A DNA stretch of 64,000 nt. It comes from a virus. Its lineage: Duplodnaviria > Heunggongvirae > Uroviricota > Caudoviricetes. Shown here one piece after another: positions 58,560 through 64,000 of this stretch. The translations under genes were made by a program, and so were the position numbers. The first letter of the stretch is position 1, and every line of letters begins with the position of its first letter. The DNA lies in IMG/VR virus record IMGVR_UViG_3300035703_000003. One strand, written 5' to 3'. The notes beneath the pieces are model-generated. The model was not told the origin of the DNA and ran no database searches. It worked only from the letters and a program-made list of their open reading frames with translations.

Positions 58560-58834
58560 CCTTCTTCTTTACCGATCTCTGCATCAAGTGCAACACTACG
58601 GCAAAGGTCATTAAACCAAAGGTCTACAATCGATTCGTTGTTAGGACCTGCGTATCCAGCTTCTCCTAGCATATTTACAAACTCTTGATTCCAGTCTAGT
58701 TCGAAATAGCCTTTGGTAGGGTCTTTCGGATCAAAGTGAACATTAACAACTTTGACCCATGGGCCTTTTGCTGTTTCTTTTGTTTCTTCTGTAACTGCAG
58801 ATTTATTAAAAATTTGTTTTAGTTTTTCAAACAC
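58556..58834 (-). CDS. Hypothetical phage protein
   Basis: PWV.V...GYFELDWN..F. Confidence 0.75.
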   Translation of the reverse strand: MFEKLKQIFNKSAVTEETKETAKGPWVKVVNVHFDPKDPTKGYFELDWNQEFVNMLGEAGYAGPNNESIVDLWFNDLCRSVALDAEIGKEEG

Positions 58835-58845
58835 ATTATGTTCCT

Positions 58846-59193
58846 TTATGATTGGTTGTGATATGCATCTACACGATAAATTTTATCATTACGGATACTT
58901 AAAACATCAATAACGCTAAAGTTTAGATTTGCACTTTCGCTTTTAATAATAATATGGCAGTATGCACGATTTGCATGACTTGTACCGATATCAATCACTG
59001 TTGCATTAATATCTGGCACATCTTTCCAAATATTTTCGTTTGCAATTAGAACAGCATCGACACCTGTTGCCTTTGTATTCCAGTCAACTAATTTTACGTC
59101 GGGATCAAATAGATCAAATAATTTTTTACTTGACTGTAAATTCCATGCTTCGAAGTATTGATGTGCAATAGTATGTATGTCAGAGTTAATCAT
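58846..59193 (-). CDS. SnoaL/NTF2-like protein
   Basis: YFEAWN...LF..DV.L.DW...G...DV.....KI; TAATG overlap with the metK stop. Confidence 0.7.
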   Translation of the reverse strand: MINSDIHTIAHQYFEAWNLQSSKKLFDLFDPDVKLVDWNTKATGVDAVLIANENIWKDVPDINATVIDIGTSHANRAYCHIIIKSESANLNFSVIDVLSIRNDKIYRVDAYHNQS

Positions 59194-60290
59194 TACCATC
59201 CAATCCTTTCCCACGGAACATTTTTATCACCAAAATGACCATAAACGCAATTTTTACTATAATCATAAAAATTAAATAAATCAAAACGATCAATGATACC
59301 TTTTGGACTTAGATCAATCTCGTTGCGAATAAAACGTTCGATTGAACGATTATGGCCGTTACTATCGATTAGAATACTGGTCGGTTGTTTAACACCAATA
59401 GCATATGATAGCTGAATGTTGCACCAATCTGCCATTTCATCTGCTACTACGTTTTTAGCAAGCCAACGTGCCATATATGCAGCACTACGATCTACTTTTG
59501 TTGGATCTTTGCCGCTAAATGCGCCGCCGCCGTGCGGAGCAAAACCGCCATACGTATCTACGATAATTTTACGCCCTGTAACACCAGCATCGCCATCGGG
59601 GCCGCCAATTACAAAGTTACCTGTAGGATTAAGATGCCATACTGTATTTTCGTCAATCAAATCTCCCAATACATTGTGTGCAGCTTTTTTTGCTAGTTCA
59701 CGTGCTTCGTCGATGCTGCCTTCGGTGTGTTGTGTGCTAATAACAATTTGGTCAATTCGTTTAATGATGCCTTCTCTTCTGGCGCCATTGTATTCAACAC
59801 TTACTTGCGATTTTGCATCGGGGCCCAATACAGTATTATTTTTTCTAAATTGCTCGAGTTCTTGTAAAATTTTATGAGAAAAATGAATTGGTGCTGGCAT
59901 ATAACTGCTGGTATGATTACACGCATAGCCAAACATAATGCCTTGGTCACCCGCACCGAAACTATCTGTGCCTAATGCAATATCTGCACTTTGCGAGTGT
60001 ATTTTATTGTAAATGTTTAATTTATTCCAGTGAAAGCCGTCTTGTTCGTAACCAATATCTTTAACAACATTACGAACTATATTGTCTATTTCTTCTGTAG
60101 ACACATTGAAATTTTTCACTTCGCCTGCAAGTGTAACATGATTTGTAGTTACAAGTGTTTCGATTGCAACACGAGTAGTCTGATCTCCTGCGGTAAGACC
60201 AGCATCAACAAGTGCATCAGAAATCTGATCTGCAACTTTATCAGGGTGTCCTTTACTTACACTTTCACTAGTGAAAATATAATTAGCCAT
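59193..60290 (-). CDS. metK: S-adenosylmethionine synthetase
   Basis: FTSESV..GHPDK, GAGDQG, GGGAFSGKD..KVDRS. Confidence 0.97.
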   Translation of the reverse strand: MANYIFTSESVSKGHPDKVADQISDALVDAGLTAGDQTTRVAIETLVTTNHVTLAGEVKNFNVSTEEIDNIVRNVVKDIGYEQDGFHWNKLNIYNKIHSQSADIALGTDSFGAGDQGIMFGYACNHTSSYMPAPIHFSHKILQELEQFRKNNTVLGPDAKSQVSVEYNGARREGIIKRIDQIVISTQHTEGSIDEARELAKKAAHNVLGDLIDENTVWHLNPTGNFVIGGPDGDAGVTGRKIIVDTYGGFAPHGGGAFSGKDPTKVDRSAAYMARWLAKNVVADEMADWCNIQLSYAIGVKQPTSILIDSNGHNRSIERFIRNEIDLSPKGIIDRFDLFNFYDYSKNCVYGHFGDKNVPWERIGW

Positions 60291-60456
60291 ATTTTATCCT
60301 TTGCTCTATATCGTATATTATCCACGGACCATTTCTCGTATGTTGAACTAACTGAAACTGTGTGTTAGTTTTGTTGAGCAATTCGGTTATCCTGTTCAAT
60401 CGCTCAACCGTTTCGTTTAGTTCGTTTACTAAAATTTGTACACGTTTTTCTTTCAT
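60283..60456 (-). CDS. 57-aa hypothetical protein, not in the ORF track
   Basis: MKEKRVQ...QRIKYG; overlaps both neighbours. Confidence 0.55.
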   Translation of the reverse strand: MKEKRVQILVNELNETVERLNRITELLNKTNTQFQLVQHTRNGPWIIYDIEQRIKYG

Positions 60457-60554
60457 AATATACCCATTCTATGAACTAGAAACAGTTTGTCTTCTACTAC
60501 AGTAGAAGTGCTTGCACAACCTGACAATAGCGCAATTAGAAGGATATACTTCAT
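60453..60554 (-). CDS. 33-aa putative lipoprotein, not in the ORF track
   Basis: MKYILLIALLSGCASTSTVVEDKLFLVHRMGIL; lipobox LSG-C; ATGA overlaps. Confidence 0.6.
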   Translation of the reverse strand: MKYILLIALLSGCASTSTVVEDKLFLVHRMGIL

Positions 60555-60620
60555 AGTTGTTTCCGAACCTTTTCAAACTGTTCTTCTGTGTGAATGCCAC
60601 GCAAATAGACTACGTTTTTA

Positions 60621-61517
60621 TCAAGTTCCCCAGGCATTTCCGAATAAGGTAATGTGGAGTCTTGGGGTAAATCGGTATCCTTTCGCCATAGCAATTTTTG
60701 CAACTTGCTGAACGGTGAGGTTATACCCTTCAGTGCGACCGCCCACGGGCATAAGGTAAACAGGGCATTCAACGCCCGCTGTACGATATTCTGCAACAGC
60801 CTTATCAACTTCCTCCACATCCACGTTATCAGCCACAACAAACTTAAGATAAAGTTCAGTGCCAGCGATATCGTGGTACTGACGAGCAACGCTAGGCTTA
60901 ATAGCATCAGTCCAAGACTCTCCCGAAACGGATAGTTTTGGACTACAACTAAACGTTGTTTTAAATCTTGCACGAGTTCCGAGGTATTCTCTAAACTCAT
61001 CATGCAACCACTGTGTAGTATTTGTTTCAAATGTAACATTTTTTAAGTCTCGCATTTTTGGATGCTCAAACAACTCAATATACAGTCGTTGCCATGCTAG
61101 TAATGGTTCACCGCCCGTCATAATAAGATGAACATCTTGTCCGTTATCTTGTGTCCATTTACCGTTCGGAGTCAAACTAAGCAGATGATCTACTACTTCG
61201 TCGATGGTTTTATCCATGACCAAGTGTCTAAATTCTGGATAGATACTTGCATAAGTATCACAGCCAGAAAACACTAGCGGCAAGTCCTCGAACTTCTCTG
61301 TAGTTTCGTGAACTTTATTTTCGATTAGCTTTTCAACTTCTGGATTATAACGTGTTTTAGGACGACCACGTTCTAGTCCAAAGTTTTGACAACGAAAGTT
61401 ACAACCAAACGTGCGTAAAAACACACTTGGAACACCTACGTATTTACCTTCGCCTTGAATGCTATAAAACGCTTCACTATAGCGTAGTTTTAGTTTGTTT
61501 GTTTCTTCAATGTCCAA
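60621..61517 (-). CDS. queE: 7-carboxy-7-deazaguanine synthase-like radical SAM enzyme
   Basis: SEAFYSIQGEG..VG.PSVFLRTFGCN, CDT, TGGEP, ETN, SPK, PRLH. Confidence 0.85.
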   Translation of the reverse strand: MDIEETNKLKLRYSEAFYSIQGEGKYVGVPSVFLRTFGCNFRCQNFGLERGRPKTRYNPEVEKLIENKVHETTEKFEDLPLVFSGCDTYASIYPEFRHLVMDKTIDEVVDHLLSLTPNGKWTQDNGQDVHLIMTGGEPLLAWQRLYIELFEHPKMRDLKNVTFETNTTQWLHDEFREYLGTRARFKTTFSCSPKLSVSGESWTDAIKPSVARQYHDIAGTELYLKFVVADNVDVEEVDKAVAEYRTAGVECPVYLMPVGGRTEGYNLTVQQVAKIAMAKGYRFTPRLHITLFGNAWGT

Positions 61518-61678
61518 GACCCGTCTCCATTATCTAGCCACTCGATTACATCGCCTTCATACCATCCCATTTGATTCATAGCTTCGTCTGGAAACTGAAC
61601 AAATAGTTCTTTTGTTTTGCCATTTTCTTGGATTTCAATAATCCATTTAGAATCACTTACTTTTACTGCTTGACTCAT
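61490..61678 (-). CDS. AbrB-like small protein
   Basis: FP.E...QMGWYEGD.IEW.DNGDGS..L. Confidence 0.6.
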   Translation of the reverse strand: MSQAVKVSDSKWIIEIQENGKTKELFVQFPDEAMNQMGWYEGDVIEWLDNGDGSWTLKKQTN

Positions 61679-61898
61679 TATTATTTCCTAGCTTTACGTT
61701 TAATACGAAATTTTCAACTAACATTTTAACAAGACTTGCCTTTAATGTCAAGACATCATCTGGCAGTTCAATAACATGAGCTGCCATCATTCGGTATGCA
61801 TTGCGTTCATCTATATTTAGGTAATCCCAATCTATCGGATCGGATATTTCAGTTTCTTGTGCTAATTCCGCTAACAAATTTATACTGATTGGTTTCAT
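61653..61898 (-). CDS. Hypothetical protein
   Basis: DPIDW...LVENFVLN. Confidence 0.7.
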   Translation of the reverse strand: MKPISINLLAELAQETEISDPIDWDYLNIDERNAYRMMAAHVIELPDDVLTLKASLVKMLVENFVLNVKLGNNNESSSKSK

Positions 61899-62458
61899 CT
61901 AGGCTCCCAGTGGTCAATACAGCGTGGCTCATACATACCCATACTACCTACCAAGACACGATCACCTTCTGCATTAATTCTGTATGTTTTAGTAGCGTCT
62001 CTGCCACATGTTGTGCAGCTTGCTACTAGCTTTTGAACACAATCAGCCAATCCCATAAGCTGACTTGTAGTTTCAAACGGAGTTCCTCTACTGTCTTGGT
62101 CTAGTCCTGTTGCAATAACATTTACTCCATTGCTTAACCATAGTTCTACTCTTTTAAGTGTAGGATAAGTTGGCATAAATTGTACCTCATCTAAACATAT
62201 AGTATCGAAGTTATACGGCATGATGTTATATTTAGAATCAACTTCACTGAACTCTGTAAAACTAATACACGGATAGCTTAGTTGATTATGTGTAACAATC
62301 TTTTCTTCAGCGTAACGATTATCTTTTGATGGCTTTAGCACCAATACTTTCTTTTGTTGATGATCTAGCCAAAGAACTCTTTTTAATAGTTGACTAGTTT
62401 TGCCTGCATACATCGGCCCCGCATATACATCTAACGTTCCTCTTTTTACCATTCCCAT
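61895..62458 (-). CDS. tdk: Thymidine kinase
   Basis: GPMYAGKT, DNRY, DEVQF, GLD.D, CTTCG, YEPRC. Confidence 0.95.
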   Translation of the reverse strand: MGMVKRGTLDVYAGPMYAGKTSQLLKRVLWLDHQQKKVLVLKPSKDNRYAEEKIVTHNQLSYPCISFTEFSEVDSKYNIMPYNFDTICLDEVQFMPTYPTLKRVELWLSNGVNVIATGLDQDSRGTPFETTSQLMGLADCVQKLVASCTTCGRDATKTYRINAEGDRVLVGSMGMYEPRCIDHWEPR

Positions 62459-63081
62459 ACATCCATTTCTAGTGATTTGCTTACAGTGTCGCCGCCGTCG
62501 TTGCTTAGTAAGTTATTGTCGTATTCTACATCAAGTAGAATGTTGTCTCCGTTTGGCAAATCATGTGCATAAAATTTAAGTTTACTAATATCAAAATCGT
62601 TTTCTGTTTCAATAACTGAGTTAAAGAATGTTCCTTTTTCGACACTTATTGCATAGAACACAAACGGCGCTCGTTCTTCTAATACATCGTCTAAATCAAG
62701 TTCACGTTGCTCGATAGTTTCTTCGTATTGTTCTGCTAGTTTTTCTAAATGACCTTCATATACATCTTCTACTACAGGTGCATTCCATTCGGCACTTTCT
62801 ACTTCAGTAACTTCGATATATGCACTGTCTGTAGTTGCCCCGTTGTAATGACCATATTCGTCGATCTCAAACCATTCGTAATCGAATCTAGCCATTTTAG
62901 GAATGTTTTCTTCCCATTCCTCTTTGTCTGTCATGTAATATGTTAGTGCATCATCATCTTCGTCGAACCCTGCATCCATCAGATGTTCGGGATCGTTCCA
63001 AAAGTTATATTGCTGCAATGTTGCTTTGCCAAAAACAATTTCGCCGCCAATGCCGCTAATATTAATACGATAAAATTTCAT
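62446..63081 (-). CDS. Hypothetical acidic protein
   Basis: GGAG RBS; 211 aa. Confidence 0.75.
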   Translation of the reverse strand: MKFYRINISGIGGEIVFGKATLQQYNFWNDPEHLMDAGFDEDDDALTYYMTDKEEWEENIPKMARFDYEWFEIDEYGHYNGATTDSAYIEVTEVESAEWNAPVVEDVYEGHLEKLAEQYEETIEQRELDLDDVLEERAPFVFYAISVEKGTFFNSVIETENDFDISKLKFYAHDLPNGDNILLDVEYDNNLLSNDGGDTVSKSLEMDVWEW

Positions 63082-63092
63082 TTAAAACTCCG

Positions 63093-63383
63093 TTAGCAAG
63101 TTACTTTTAAAAAGGTCGGGCATTTTGTATCTCCACATACATATCCCATTACGCCGTCTAAATTAATGCCACACTTTGGGCAACTCTGGCGTGTTACTGG
63201 TTGCCAAGGCACTGTGGGTAGTGCAGGATCGAATGGATTTGGGAATGTAGGCACGTATGGCGGAGGTTGGATAGGCTGATTTTGTTTAAGTAAGTATTGA
63301 ATGATCCAGGCAATATCACGCTTAAGATCCTCTACATCAGATTGAATCTGTTCAATTGCTCTATTACGTTCTTCTTTATTCAT
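63093..63383 (-). CDS. Hypothetical protein with Pro-rich linker and C-terminal Zn-ribbon-like motif
   Basis: CPKCG...C....CP. Confidence 0.65.
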   Translation of the reverse strand: MNKEERNRAIEQIQSDVEDLKRDIAWIIQYLLKQNQPIQPPPYVPTFPNPFDPALPTVPWQPVTRQSCPKCGINLDGVMGYVCGDTKCPTFLKVTC

Positions 63384-63609
63384 GTTGATGTTTATGTTGT
63401 GGATTCTCTATAAATCTCCAACAACCCTCTCTTTTAATAATATCGAGATCGTTTCTTAATAATGTGATCTCCATGTCGATGCGTTCGACTGCTTGGTCAA
63501 CACGTTCGGCTGTTTGTGTAAGACGTTCAACTGTCTCTTGCAATGACCATACTTGTTGTTGTAAGTAATCAAAATCCCAACGATCTACTTTATCTTCTGT
63601 ATCACTCAT
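63376..63609 (-). CDS. Hypothetical coiled-coil protein
   Basis: Heptad pattern; overlaps neighbours. Confidence 0.6.
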   Translation of the reverse strand: MSDTEDKVDRWDFDYLQQQVWSLQETVERLTQTAERVDQAVERIDMEITLLRNDLDIIKREGCWRFIENPQHKHQHE

Positions 63610-63763
63610 TACTGCAATCTACACTTTCGTTATTTTTAAATGTAGATTGCATATCTTGCAGTGCATCTAAACAGGCTTGTTTAGTTGTGAACTCTTTATA
63701 TCTAGTATATTTAACTTCGTTGAATTCCGGAATGAAACTAATAACAAAAAGTGTCCAAATCAT
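63602..63763 (-). CDS. 53-aa hypothetical protein, not in the ORF track
   Basis: MIWTLFVISF...C...C; overlaps the next start. Confidence 0.55.
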   Translation of the reverse strand: MIWTLFVISFIPEFNEVKYTRYKEFTTKQACLDALQDMQSTFKNNESVDCSNE

Positions 63764-63791
63764 TTTTTATATTCCATTTTAATTAAGATTG

Positions 63792-64000
63792 TTAATTTGA
63801 TTCGTAAGGATAAACTAGCCAGATGTTTTCTTCTGCTTTATTGCATTCGTCCCAATAGTAATCGATTTGATCAAAGTCACTTGACCAGTTTTGTGTCATT
63901 ACAGCAAAACGAACGTTTTTGCCCCAGACTGTATTCCAAGATTCTTCATTCGGGAGGCAACTTGAATTCCAGTCTTTTTTAATCCAATTGAACGTAGCAC
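63792..64000 (-). CDS. Phosphoribosyltransferase-like protein, C-terminal fragment
   Basis: ATFNWI...NVRFAV...WLVYPYE, resembling the end of Gpt-like PRTases. Confidence 0.55.
   Translation of the reverse strand, partial: ATFNWIKKDWNSSCLPNEESWNTVWGKNVRFAVMTQNWSSDFDQIDYYWDECNKAEENIWLVYPYESN

Noticed and set aside
60551-61039. 162-aa alternative-frame ORF inside queE
   Set aside because: No recognisable features; only the last 28 codons are plausibly a separate peptide
1-64000. CRISPR arrays, tRNA/rRNA genes, transposases, integrases, inteins, stop-codon recoding
   Set aside because: None recognised by eye; intergenic gaps are small and genes are intact in the standard code. A tRNA/Rfam scan was not run

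Overview
A 64-kb piece of a large dsDNA tailed-phage (T4-like/jumbo-type) genome, read in the standard code. The host is probably alphaproteobacterial, inferred from the MetK sequence. About 1-45,040 is a dense, mostly translationally coupled island of tailoring enzymes: 16 radical SAM enzymes (13 with auxiliary Cys clusters, 3 cobalamin-type), 4 QueC-like PP-loop ATPases plus an asparagine-synthase-like one, about 10 2OG-Fe(II) oxygenase-like proteins, 3 short PLP enzymes, 2 amidinotransferases, 2 desaturases, 2 short SDRs, 2 GNAT-like paralogues, an ATE/Bpt-like aminoacyl transferase, carbamoyltransferase, glycosyltransferase, methyltransferases, nitroreductase and homospermidine synthase. 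No scaffold synthase or exporter is visible, so it is best read as an uncharacterised phage macromolecule-modification system whose substrate is unknown. About 45,037-64,000 is mostly minus-strand phage metabolic and early genes: thyA, folA, MoxR/VWA pair, HD hydrolase, T4-type RNase H, metK, queE, tdk, a partial PRTase and many small ORFs. Non-coding features include a family of sigma70-type early promoters with a shared downstream TGTAR motif, T4-late-like ATAA(A/G)TA motifs, a hairpin with a late promoter in its loop, and a 4.2-kb cassette bounded by a degenerate duplication of a gene 3' end. Family calls come from motif recognition by eye, not from database searches.
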